This document shows, piece by piece, positions 1-9,096 of a stretch of 44,539 nt of DNA. Source of the stretch: Deltaproteobacteria bacterium (GTDB taxonomy: Bacteria; Myxococcota_A; Polyangia; Fen-1088); NCBI GenBank assembly GCA_033763315.1, contig JANRKS010000012.1:1-44539 (forward strand), written 5' to 3'. The position numbers and the translations under genes are program-made. The notes beneath the pieces were generated by a model. That model was not told the DNA's origin and did not search any database. It saw only the letters and a program-made list of their open reading frames with translations. Every line of letters begins with the position of its first letter. Position 1 is the first letter of the stretch.

Positions 1-158
1 GACGTCTCAGACCTGAACGAATGTGCAACGGGTGTTGAAGTACTAGAGGGTCCGAATTGTGGCGGTGTTCCTGGCAAAACCACTCGGTTGCAACTCGGTC
101 GAATTCGCCCTCAAACTACGACCAAAGGCCGGCCTTTAACATTTAAGGGGGCGGGAAG

Positions 159-221
159 GCCTCGAATGTCATTGCGGTTTTGGCGAGGCTCTTCGCAGAA
201 CGAGGAGTACCGCGGTTCATC
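159..221 (+). mobile_element. IS3-family transposase remnant (integrase-core fragment)
   Basis: Translates to ASNVIAVLARLFAERGVPRFI, resembling the helix and GxPxxI segment just before the conserved RSDNG aspartate of IS3 DDE transposases. It breaks off before that motif. Confidence 0.5.
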
Positions 222-400
222 GTAAGCGCCGCAGGTCCTCTCGTTCCCGATCTGAAAGTGGTTTGTGAAGCCACTCGTAGCAGCCGCTCCGTGAAACCCT
301 TAGCACCCTGCACATCTGTGCAATGCGAAACTCCCGGCGATGGGACTCCACGAACGCGTGTTTGCGTCGCGTGTAGCTGCGGGCAAACCAATAGGCTACG
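217..400 (-). mobile_element. IS3-family transposase remnant (OrfA end / OrfB N-terminus)
   Basis: AYWFARS...KHAFVESHRREFRIAQMCRVLRVSRSGCYEWLHKPLSDRERED matches the typical IS3 OrfB start (MCRVLxVSRSGxYxW). It is truncated, with no DDE domain and no terminal IRs seen. Confidence 0.8.
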
Positions 401-457
401 TGGAAAAGCTCTAGCTCAAGGTGCCAGGGGCCCCATTGTTTCCACACGGAGAGAGCT

Positions 458-2350
458 TCAAGAAAAGAATCCTGTCCCTGGTTGCTTTACCGACCCGACC
501 AGGCATTCTCGATCAAGTAAACGATTTCCGGTCTCACAACTTGTTTCTGGAAGGAGTGCGCACGCATGACAGGCTGCAAGATTTAGCGAGTCCGTGCCCT
601 GCCCATTACTCTCAAAACAGAGCGGGTCGGATGCGCACCATTGGCCGTCGTCGAGCGCTCTGCGAAGCACCGCTTCGAACACACCTGGGCGCCCTTGCCG
701 GACGAGCCCACCCATAGTCCCTTCCGCATCACCCGCTGCTGTGTAAATCAACACTCCCTCCATGGGCGATATTGAAGCGCCGCCTTCTCGGCAATAAATA
801 CGCTCCCGCAAAGATGAGCTACCGTACCCGCACTCGAAACTCAGGCGCCGAATCAAGAGGTGGGCCACCGTGTGGAGTACATAAAACTTTGGCGGAAGAA
901 GAGGGATCACCCGCCCCCGCCTTTGAGACGTTTCCACATACCTCTTCGAGAGCTCGATGACTCTCCCGCCGTGATCTTTAGCCCATCGGTCTAGTAGGCG
1001 TTGGTCGAGCCTAAAGAATATCCCTTCGCCATAGGCACGAACGGCGGGCAGCCAATTCTGCTTTGGATTGAGACTAAGTTGCGAGAGCTTCGGCCTCCAA
1101 ATGTCGCCGGCCAAGTCCGGGACGTCTCGCGAGAAACCGGTGAGTGCGCGTGTTTCGGCCAGCTTTTCCACCAACACGACATCTTCGACTAGGCGTGAGA
1201 ACCAATCAGCATACGCGCCACGATCCTTGTAGACCAAGCGAAGGTCCTCCTCAGGTGGGCGCGTTCGATCAAGAAGAGCGCAGTATTCGGCGTACCGGAA
1301 CTCTTCTTCGGTTTCAATACGAACAGGTTCCGCATCTCCTGCGGACTTTTCGTGAAAAGCCCGCTCCACCTCGCCCGGATCGAGCTTTTTACTTGCGGCA
1401 AGCATTCGGAGGCCCTCGGCCAGTCTCTCCCCGTCCTTGCCTTTGACTTGTTCCCACACCTCTCTGTCTTCGAAAGCTCGTCTAGCCCTCGATGCGTAGG
1501 GCGGAATTAAGATTGAACTCGCAACATTGGCGAAATAGATGTTCGTTGCACCCCGCTGAAGGACACGCATGGTTCCCGAACAAGGCTCCTCTTCTGCGCC
1601 GGAGGGCCCTAGCCACGGGCGCTTTCCAGAGCATCCAAGAGACTCCATCGAATTCGTGGCGCCTGCAAAGGCCATTGAACGGCTGGTCTTGCAGGCGTCG
1701 CACACCACGATCAATCCATCCAGGCCAGCCAGACCGGTCGCAATTAGCCGCAGCTGTGGCTTGTCGCATGACGCGTCACCAACAAGTGCGTTACCTCTGC
1801 TGTGTGCCCAGGCTACCCATGGGAAGTCATCGATGTGCCCCAAACGGCAAGCAATGACGAAGCGAAGAGGGACCATTCTGGCTCTTCGTCGTTCTGGTAA
1901 CGAGGCGCATGGGACGGCGGGTACACGATGCAGTGATGGACCGGCCCCTGTTGCATCGGACTGAACAACCCTCTTTTCGCCCCCCTCATGGGTGTCCATC
2001 CTCCTTGGAATTCTGGTTCCAGGCGGGACGGATGAATCACACCGAGGCGGCCGTGAATCATTCCATCGCGCAGCACAAAGAGCTCGGCATCTAGGGCAAA
2101 CGTGCCAACTCGGAAAGCGTACAAATGGAAGTGCAACTTTCCCAATGTCGTCGAGCGCGGGCGGTTCACGAAAGTAATCAACACCCAGCCGGTGGGCGAG
2201 CCGAGGATCATCAACTTGGCACCGCGGTTCAGCGACCCAACTTTCTAGCCCCGCAGCCATGAGCGCTTCTTGCCGGAAATCGACGATGGCGCCGACTCCC
2301 CAAGGGACGACCGCTTGGCCACGCCTAAGCTTGTGCCGGGGTTTACTCAT
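458..2350 (-). CDS. drmB: DISARM DrmB-like DUF1998 protein
   Basis: N-terminal LRRGQAVVPWGVGAIVD, RFVIACRLGHIDDFPW, and a C-terminal DUF1998 region (HTVAHLLIRRLSFECGYGSSSLRERIY...WCASDPLC...AACHAC..LPETSCE.GNRLLDR). 4-bp overlap with the upstream helicase. Confidence 0.9.
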   Translation of the reverse strand: MSKPRHKLRRGQAVVPWGVGAIVDFRQEALMAAGLESWVAEPRCQVDDPRLAHRLGVDYFREPPALDDIGKVALPFVRFPSWHVCPRCRALCAARWNDSRPPRCDSSVPPGTRIPRRMDTHEGGEKRVVQSDATGAGPSLHRVPAVPCASLPERRRARMVPLRFVIACRLGHIDDFPWVAWAHSRGNALVGDASCDKPQLRLIATGLAGLDGLIVVCDACKTSRSMAFAGATNSMESLGCSGKRPWLGPSGAEEEPCSGTMRVLQRGATNIYFANVASSILIPPYASRARRAFEDREVWEQVKGKDGERLAEGLRMLAASKKLDPGEVERAFHEKSAGDAEPVRIETEEEFRYAEYCALLDRTRPPEEDLRLVYKDRGAYADWFSRLVEDVVLVEKLAETRALTGFSRDVPDLAGDIWRPKLSQLSLNPKQNWLPAVRAYGEGIFFRLDQRLLDRWAKDHGGRVIELSKRYVETSQRRGRVIPLLPPKFYVLHTVAHLLIRRLSFECGYGSSSLRERIYCREGGASISPMEGVLIYTAAGDAEGTMGGLVRQGRPGVFEAVLRRALDDGQWCASDPLCFESNGQGTDSLNLAACHACALLPETSCETGNRLLDRECLVGSVKQPGTGFFS

Positions 2351-5300
2351 GGCTGCTCCTCCTCGTCATACGGCACCTGAAGCACCCTCGCCCCGCACTC
2401 TGCATCTACGTTTCGCATCGACGTCGGAGTGCGCCAACTAGCATCGTCTCGATCGCTCGCAGAAGGAGGGCCATACGACAGTAGTCGATCTCCATCTTCT
2501 CCCTTCCGTAACGTCCCGAATTTTGGAGGGCAATAACGCAGCCAGTGTTTCACACTCATTTGCAGTCGTGCCATGACCTCAGGCGCGTGTTCCTTGTCGA
2601 TCCTCAAGCTCCTGCAACGAAGATACTCGAAGAATTCTTGTAGCCTCGGATCGTCGCCACGGAGTTGATCCGGCTTGCTAATGTTCCATCGCTGCCGCGC
2701 AACAATGACCAAGATCGCATGCAGCGCCCGCTCCAAGACGGGGATGGAAAAGGGTGTGACGCTGGTTGGCTCGACGTGTCTATAGAAAGCTTCATGATAG
2801 GCGCGGAACTGCTCGTAGTGTGACCGGTCGCGTGGCTTGCCCGCGTTGTACAACGTGACAACTAGGCCCGCTCCGGAGCGGCCAACCCGACTGCTTGCCT
2901 GGATGTACTCCGACGTGGTCTTTGGTTGACCCACGACCACCATGAGGCCTAGCCGTGGGACATCGACCCCTACAGAAATCATATTGGTGGCTAAAAGTAC
3001 GTCGATCGGCTTCTTCGCCTTGATGTTTTTTGCCGGAACGTCGTCAGCTTGGCCCTGATAGCGAACCTTGAGGTCTTCGAGGATTTCGGGAATCTGCTCT
3101 GCAGTGAGGCGGCCCGTCAACTCCACGGGACCGCGCATGAATCGTTTGGGCAGCTTGTACCGCTTGCTGATGACACCGAGGTACTCCGGTATGTCCTGCT
3201 CCACAAGGGTGGCGGCGCGGCCTAGCTCACGCAGGCTCCCAAAATACTGCAGTTGAGTCCAATAGGGATCCCTATCCGCCTCGGTCGACCCAATCGGAAG
3301 GGGGACGCTTTTCGCTCCCTGATGAAGAGCTGCCGAGGTTCGAACCAGGGCTGTCACAGGAGAGGGTGCTGCCGTTGCAAAAACTCCAACATAAAGTCGG
3401 CCGGCAGCCACCTCTCGCTCCGCTGCGAAGAATGAATCGCTGATATCAAGGCCAGGCGGGGGAAACTGAAAGGCCTGCCGATCATAAAGCGCAAAGCATT
3501 GTTCACGGGCACTCCGAATGGTCGCCGTGGAAGCGACGATCTTGGGTCGGTATTTTCCGGTGCATAGATAGTCGATTGCTGCCTCAAATAACCCCACCAT
3601 CGACCCAAGGGCCCCGGAAATCAGGTGCAATTCGTCCTGGATGATGAGATCAGGCGGATCAATTCCGCTCCTACCGATGCCAAAAATCGCAGCGGCCTCT
3701 GGCTTCCAAGCCAACATCGCGAACTTATCGACCGTTCCTATTATCACGGTTGGCGGCCGCTCGTAGATGTCCTCATCGATGACCGTCACCGGTAGTGGCG
3801 CCACCAATTTCGAGAACCGACAGCGGCTTTCGGGACACTTAAAAACTACCGTACCCTCGTGTTTAACGTAACCGAGCGAAGATGCACGGTCGAGCCGAGT
3901 ACCACACCAGGGGCATGCCAAAACTTGGAAAAGGTTCTCGCGGCGGCCCTCATGCTCGGCTCCAAGCTTGGCTAATCGGCCACGGCAGGCGATTGCCTCT
4001 TTTCGAGAATTGGGTGAAGCAGTTCCACCCACCCATAAACCGATCGTGATTCGTTCTTTGCCGAGGTGAGCTTCGTCTTCCGTGCGCAAATGCTCGCAAG
4101 CGCAAATCAGTGCGGCGGCACGTTGAAACTGCTGAGCCGTCAGCAAGCGCAGCGTGTAGCGCATAAGGATGGTGCAACCACCGTTGGTCGGCTGCAGGAG
4201 GCGGCGGAGAAAGATTGCATACGCCGCAAGCCCCAAATACGCCTCAGTTTTTCCTCCGCCTGTCGGAAACCAAATTAGGTCCACAACACCTCGAGGAGCC
4301 TCAAAACCTGAGCGGTCTGGCAAAAATGCCGGAAGGTTCATCAAGATGAACGCAAGTTGAAAGCTTCTCCATCGTCCATCACCGGAGTATCCGACTGGGG
4401 GCTCGCGCCACAAGTCGTTCAACTCGCGATTGGGAAGTCGGGAGTGAAACTGCTGCATCAACATGGCCTTGTTGGCGAGGACAAACGCCCTCAGGACGTG
4501 CGCGTTGTCACGGAGCAGCTTGACCCCGGCCTCCATGCGGACGAGTGCATGGCGACAAGCAGCGATGTGTCGTCGCGCAGCCTCCCGCAATTCAAGAGGC
4601 ACTTTCTCGAAATCATGAATTGAGATCCGATCAATCCACTCCTTGTAGGCCTTAGGCAGACCGGCGACAACATCTGGAACAGAGTCTTCATCCCCCGAGG
4701 CAAGCTTGTGAATGTCGAGAGCGTCGCCGCCGAGAGATGTCGCCTCCACTGGAGGAACCTTTACCGAGGGGACCGTCTCTGTATGAACTTCTATCGCTGC
4801 TTTTTGGCCGCTCGGCACGTTCCATTCAGCTGCACACCCATGTCCAGCAGCAAACTGCCGGCGATTTCTGTACAGCAGCGACAGGGATTCCTCTTCCTCA
4901 TCCTTGTTTCTATGAACCGAGACATCGTACGGGAGGAAGATCGGGGACCGGTCTGGAGACCGTACGAAGAATCGCGATTGGAAGAAGCAACTTTTTGCAG
5001 ATGGGGGCTTGTGTGGTGACCGCGGCGTGTGCCGATTGGCTAGCGAGACGGTCACGAGCCGCAAGCCGTCCTGTTCGCGTCGGCAAACCACCTCAACCCG
5101 AAGGCCCTGCACAACGTCTGCCTCCTGCACCTTCTGGCCATTCTGCAAATCAAATCGTATCGGGTCCGGTTGACATGGCTGGCGCCGCCAAGTTACCAGC
5201 CTGTGCTGGCGGTCATTGATGTTCTCTAGGCGCGCGTACGTGGCTGCCGAAACGCAAACCTCGATAGATTTCGTATCCGCTCCGATGAGGAACGATAGCC

Positions 5301-5700
5301 CCATCGCGCTTGGATAATAGGTGTTGGCTAGTAGGACCACGTCATCATGTTCGCTATCATCACCAAAATCTAACGTGGGAGCATCCATGGCAATCGCCGC
5401 TTCAGTCGCTCCCCGCTCACCCTCAGATTCCTCCTCGCCGCCGTCACCTTCTTCCGTGATCTCGTGATCTGGATCCTCTTCTCCCATTGTGCTTTGGACT
5501 GAACCCTCCGCGCCTTCTCGCTCGTCATCCCGTATGGAGACGTCAATCTCGTCTGTTCGCTGCAGTTGCGGAAACAAGACACCCGCCGAATAGACTCGGC
5601 ATGGATTCTCATCCAAGATCTCTTCGGCTGCGTGGGGGCCCGCAACGTGCGACTTGAGGTAATCAACCAAACCACCGCGCAGTTCGTTTGCGTTATTCAT
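2347..5700 (-). CDS. drmA: DISARM DrmA-like SF2 helicase
   Basis: Walker A PTGGGKTEAY, YTLRLLTAQQFQRA, IIQDELHL, ASTAT, ATNMISVGVDVPRLGLM, QASSRVGR, RDRSHYEQF and EPTSVTPFS. Start placed at ATG 5700 (MNNANELRGG), which overlaps the upstream stop (ATGAATAA), rather than at 5793. Confidence 0.9.
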   Translation of the reverse strand: MNNANELRGGLVDYLKSHVAGPHAAEEILDENPCRVYSAGVLFPQLQRTDEIDVSIRDDEREGAEGSVQSTMGEEDPDHEITEEGDGGEEESEGERGATEAAIAMDAPTLDFGDDSEHDDVVLLANTYYPSAMGLSFLIGADTKSIEVCVSAATYARLENINDRQHRLVTWRRQPCQPDPIRFDLQNGQKVQEADVVQGLRVEVVCRREQDGLRLVTVSLANRHTPRSPHKPPSAKSCFFQSRFFVRSPDRSPIFLPYDVSVHRNKDEEEESLSLLYRNRRQFAAGHGCAAEWNVPSGQKAAIEVHTETVPSVKVPPVEATSLGGDALDIHKLASGDEDSVPDVVAGLPKAYKEWIDRISIHDFEKVPLELREAARRHIAACRHALVRMEAGVKLLRDNAHVLRAFVLANKAMLMQQFHSRLPNRELNDLWREPPVGYSGDGRWRSFQLAFILMNLPAFLPDRSGFEAPRGVVDLIWFPTGGGKTEAYLGLAAYAIFLRRLLQPTNGGCTILMRYTLRLLTAQQFQRAAALICACEHLRTEDEAHLGKERITIGLWVGGTASPNSRKEAIACRGRLAKLGAEHEGRRENLFQVLACPWCGTRLDRASSLGYVKHEGTVVFKCPESRCRFSKLVAPLPVTVIDEDIYERPPTVIIGTVDKFAMLAWKPEAAAIFGIGRSGIDPPDLIIQDELHLISGALGSMVGLFEAAIDYLCTGKYRPKIVASTATIRSAREQCFALYDRQAFQFPPPGLDISDSFFAAEREVAAGRLYVGVFATAAPSPVTALVRTSAALHQGAKSVPLPIGSTEADRDPYWTQLQYFGSLRELGRAATLVEQDIPEYLGVISKRYKLPKRFMRGPVELTGRLTAEQIPEILEDLKVRYQGQADDVPAKNIKAKKPIDVLLATNMISVGVDVPRLGLMVVVGQPKTTSEYIQASSRVGRSGAGLVVTLYNAGKPRDRSHYEQFRAYHEAFYRHVEPTSVTPFSIPVLERALHAILVIVARQRWNISKPDQLRGDDPRLQEFFEYLRCRSLRIDKEHAPEVMARLQMSVKHWLRYCPPKFGTLRKGEDGDRLLSYGPPSASDRDDASWRTPTSMRNVDAECGARVLQVPYDEEEQP

Positions 5701-8700
5701 GTAAGCCCGACCTCTGCTGTTGATCCGCGTGAAACAAAAGACGGTTGACCCTACTTCTCGGAACCGGACGCAAGCGATCGGATACGAACTCAAGCGTCAC
5801 GATAGCCACGCTATCCATGTGTAGAACGCCGCAGTCATCCCCAGCCAGTTGCTGAGCAGCAGCCGCCACCACTTTTTCGGCGAGCATGACGGCGGCCCGG
5901 TGGTGGGCGCCGCGGACAGTGGCGATAGCATCCTCACACTCTGTTAAATTGGAACTCAGTGCCTGGTCACCCGTGATCGCGGCGATGCAACGAATGTCTC
6001 GCTCCAATCGGGGGCCGATGATGTCGTCGTTTTTGAGCCACTCCCTGACAGTTACAGGATGGCGGGAGCACCCATGCTCAGCCAATGCGCTACAAATCTC
6101 ACCGACACTCTTGCCTCCGTGCTTCGCCCAGCTTCGTAAAGCTTGCTGCCAGTATCTAGTTTTTTCTCTGATGCCGGGTGCCAGCAACTTATCCGCACAA
6201 TCCCGAATGGCATCGCGATCTCCTTCCGCGAACAAAAGGACATCACCCTGCCTTAGTGCGGTCGCGCGTCGCTGAAGGACCTCCGCCTCTGACGTCGCGC
6301 CTGATAGTCCGCTGAACAGATGGGTGATGACGTTTGCCACATAGCCCTGTGTCAAAAATGCCGCCGATCCGCCTTTGAATATGAGCGCCGTGGCATCGAC
6401 TAGCGGTTCAGCGCTCTGGATCGTGTTCTGCAAAAAACGCCGACTCCTTGCCTCGTGTATTTCGACCTGATGCAGATCAAGATCTGGCACGGGATCCTGG
6501 ATGATACTGGGTTTAGCAACCTCCTGCTGTCGTTTCCAAGATCGCGACAAGCCTGGAAACACGTCGCGCTTCGAGTACATTTGCCGTTGTTTCGCAAGGA
6601 GACGATTTCGCTCAAGCCAAGCTGAATACCAACGTAGTTCCGGCCCATAGAGCAGCATGGTGAGCGAGGTCGCCGCCGGCGGCGTGAGAAAGCGAGACAT
6701 TTGGCGCCGTCCAAACCAGCCAGGGATTATTACCGGCACCTGGATTTGCGTTTCGTCAAGATCCTGGGGAACATCCATGAGCACCCGTGACTCGGGGTGC
6801 ATTTGAAGCATCCGCGCTAGCGCTAACTGCTTCGGATTTTCACGCTCCAGTGCTTCATCGGCACCCAAGATGGCCTCTCGGACTTGGGCGACAGCGGCAC
6901 GAACCTCTCCATCTATAAACCTGTCCTTTTCAAGTGATTCAGCGATTTGGAGCATCTCGTTTCGATGTTCGCCCCCTCGCCCCATCGACCGCATCATCGC
7001 GATGATGCCCCCAAGGGCCTCCGAGGCAAAATCTTCAACGACCGGCTGGACTTCTGCCGCAATGACAACTCGACGCATACGTAGAAATGCCTCGAACGCA
7101 CCCTCTACAGGCTTAGATCGAAGGGCAACAGTTTCAGGTTTGAAATTCGCTACCCATGAAAGGCGCCTCTCGTACCTTCCAAGTGTTGTTTCTGATGCGT
7201 CTTCGTGCGGAAGGAGCTGTTCCAGCTCATCGTTGTTCCAGCCCCAAACACCAGCTTTGCAGTCGGCAAGCAGCGCGATACGTTCGCCATGTTCGCCGTC
7301 TTCTGGAACAAACGCCAAAACCGGCACACCCGCATCCAACAACCGCCGTAAGTCGGCATGATCGGCGCAGATGTTTTCGGTGGCGTCAAGGACCACCGTT
7401 CCAACCCCGTGCCCCGCCGTATCGAGGTAATCGGCGGCACGAGACGTGGAACCGGAGAAGATAACGACGGGCGAAGCATCGCCCAAGGAGGCTACGGACC
7501 AAGGTGTCGTGCTGCAATCACGATTCAGAACCCCTAGCGGCAAGATCTCGACAAGCGGCGATCCGTGTATGCGAATGCGCTGCGACCAGACATGCGCTTT
7601 CCGGGGATTGGTAACGACAAGTACCTTTGATGCTGTCGAACAGGGACTTACTGGGTCGGGTAGGTGAAGGAGGCGCTGCAGAACATTGACGACACGGTCG
7701 CCATAAGAAGTTCTGGCTATGCGTCCCGATGGTCGGCGACTTGAAGGCGCAGGAGAGAGTCGCACCTCGTCTTCTACGGGAAGGTAGAATCGTATCGTTC
7801 CTGCTCGCTTTGACCGAGTCGGCTGCTCCAAGACGATAGCAGGCTTGCCGTCAACACCAGTCTGTACCCCTCGATAGAATGCGGCAGCATTGGCATCAAC
7901 AAGAACCAAGTCTCCGACCTTGAACCGATCGCCTCTGTGGTACACCTGGGTCAGCTGCTCACCCAACGCACATAAGTATCCGACAACGAGAGGCAGTGGA
8001 CCGGTTCCTGGAAGGACGATCGCAAGATGTCGCCTTGGCCGACTTCCCCCCCACGCCAGATCACGGCACGAGAAAGCTGCATTGAGCAGAACGAACTCTG
8101 AAAGTGCGACAGGAACACCACCTTCATCCACGAGAAGATCAAGTAAAAAAGGCCATGCCGATGTGAGGGCCGTCAATAACTCGTTCCATTGAATTCTAGT
8201 AGGATCAATGAAGTGAGCTGCCGTCTGAACCACGAAGAGGTCGTCCAGCAAACCCGTCAGGCCGAGCCGATCATCAATGGCATCATCCTTGCGCAGTAGG
8301 TAACTCAGCCCCGCCCTTGCCCAGGTTCGTGACTCAGCTGAGCTTGCATCTTCCAGCGTCTTAACTAGGAGCCGTCCCTGCCGTACCAGTCGTGCTAAGA
8401 AGGGCGACCCCGAAAGCCTGGCGATCTCGTCACAGAAGTTCCGGCCTTGATCAATAAGGTCGTCGTCAGGCAGGAGGGGCACATCTGCATGTTCAAGTAG
8501 AAGGGCCTCTGCGGCCTCTCTCTGTTCTAGAGTGAGAGCCGGAGGCTCGTGTCCGCTCGGCTCTCCGCCAAGGTCGGCGATCTCGTGAAGAACCGTACGA
8601 GCGACAAAAACTCGAGTTGCGAGGCCTTCCCCCCCGTCAACGGAGCCCTTGATCAGGTATGCAAGCGCTCCCGCAGCAAGTTGCCTAATTTCAGCTGCGG

Positions 8701-8899
8701 GGCACGAACGTACGTAGGTCGAAAGAGCAGTAGCATCCCGAACAAGCACCGGTCCCACCCCCGGCACCTGCCCAACCGACTTCAGCCAGTCAGAAGCGGT
8801 CACAACCAAATCGGCGAGAGCCGCCTCGCTTGTGTGAGGGTGGCTCTTAATCTCCGCAAGCACGCGCTTGCGGTCCCTTTGGGTAAGAACGCTTAACAA
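5693..8899 (-). CDS. drmE: DrmE-like protein with N-terminal DUF1232/YkvA-like extension
   Basis: Lies directly upstream of and overlaps drmA. The C-terminus (LRQGDVLLF...WQQALR...GCSRHPVTVREWL..DDIIGPR...IAAITGD...AIATVRGAH) resembles DrmE. The N-terminal ARAGLSYLLRKDDAIDDRLGLTGLLDDLFVV fits the DUF1232 pattern. The TTG start is uncertain. Confidence 0.65.
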   Translation of the reverse strand: MLSVLTQRDRKRVLAEIKSHPHTSEAALADLVVTASDWLKSVGQVPGVGPVLVRDATALSTYVRSCPAAEIRQLAAGALAYLIKGSVDGGEGLATRVFVARTVLHEIADLGGEPSGHEPPALTLEQREAAEALLLEHADVPLLPDDDLIDQGRNFCDEIARLSGSPFLARLVRQGRLLVKTLEDASSAESRTWARAGLSYLLRKDDAIDDRLGLTGLLDDLFVVQTAAHFIDPTRIQWNELLTALTSAWPFLLDLLVDEGGVPVALSEFVLLNAAFSCRDLAWGGSRPRRHLAIVLPGTGPLPLVVGYLCALGEQLTQVYHRGDRFKVGDLVLVDANAAAFYRGVQTGVDGKPAIVLEQPTRSKRAGTIRFYLPVEDEVRLSPAPSSRRPSGRIARTSYGDRVVNVLQRLLHLPDPVSPCSTASKVLVVTNPRKAHVWSQRIRIHGSPLVEILPLGVLNRDCSTTPWSVASLGDASPVVIFSGSTSRAADYLDTAGHGVGTVVLDATENICADHADLRRLLDAGVPVLAFVPEDGEHGERIALLADCKAGVWGWNNDELEQLLPHEDASETTLGRYERRLSWVANFKPETVALRSKPVEGAFEAFLRMRRVVIAAEVQPVVEDFASEALGGIIAMMRSMGRGGEHRNEMLQIAESLEKDRFIDGEVRAAVAQVREAILGADEALERENPKQLALARMLQMHPESRVLMDVPQDLDETQIQVPVIIPGWFGRRQMSRFLTPPAATSLTMLLYGPELRWYSAWLERNRLLAKQRQMYSKRDVFPGLSRSWKRQQEVAKPSIIQDPVPDLDLHQVEIHEARSRRFLQNTIQSAEPLVDATALIFKGGSAAFLTQGYVANVITHLFSGLSGATSEAEVLQRRATALRQGDVLLFAEGDRDAIRDCADKLLAPGIREKTRYWQQALRSWAKHGGKSVGEICSALAEHGCSRHPVTVREWLKNDDIIGPRLERDIRCIAAITGDQALSSNLTECEDAIATVRGAHHRAAVMLAEKVVAAAAQQLAGDDCGVLHMDSVAIVTLEFVSDRLRPVPRSRVNRLLFHADQQQRSGLHE

Positions 8900-9096
8900 A
8901 GCACAACCATCCGGGTCCCCGCCCGGCGATAGTAGACCAAACTCGGCTCATGCGGTTGATCTTTGGCACCTCGATTAGGGTAAGATGCGCGACCACATCT
9001 TTCGGGCAGGCAGCGCCCACTTTGGGTGACCATCTCGACCTACGACCAAGGTTGACTTGCCTGTTGCGTGACGAGTAACTTGGGGGCCACTCAGAT

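Noticed and set aside
5701-5793. 31-aa N-terminal extension of the helicase ORF
   Set aside because: It overlaps drmE by 100 bp, whereas ATG 5700 gives normal translational coupling.
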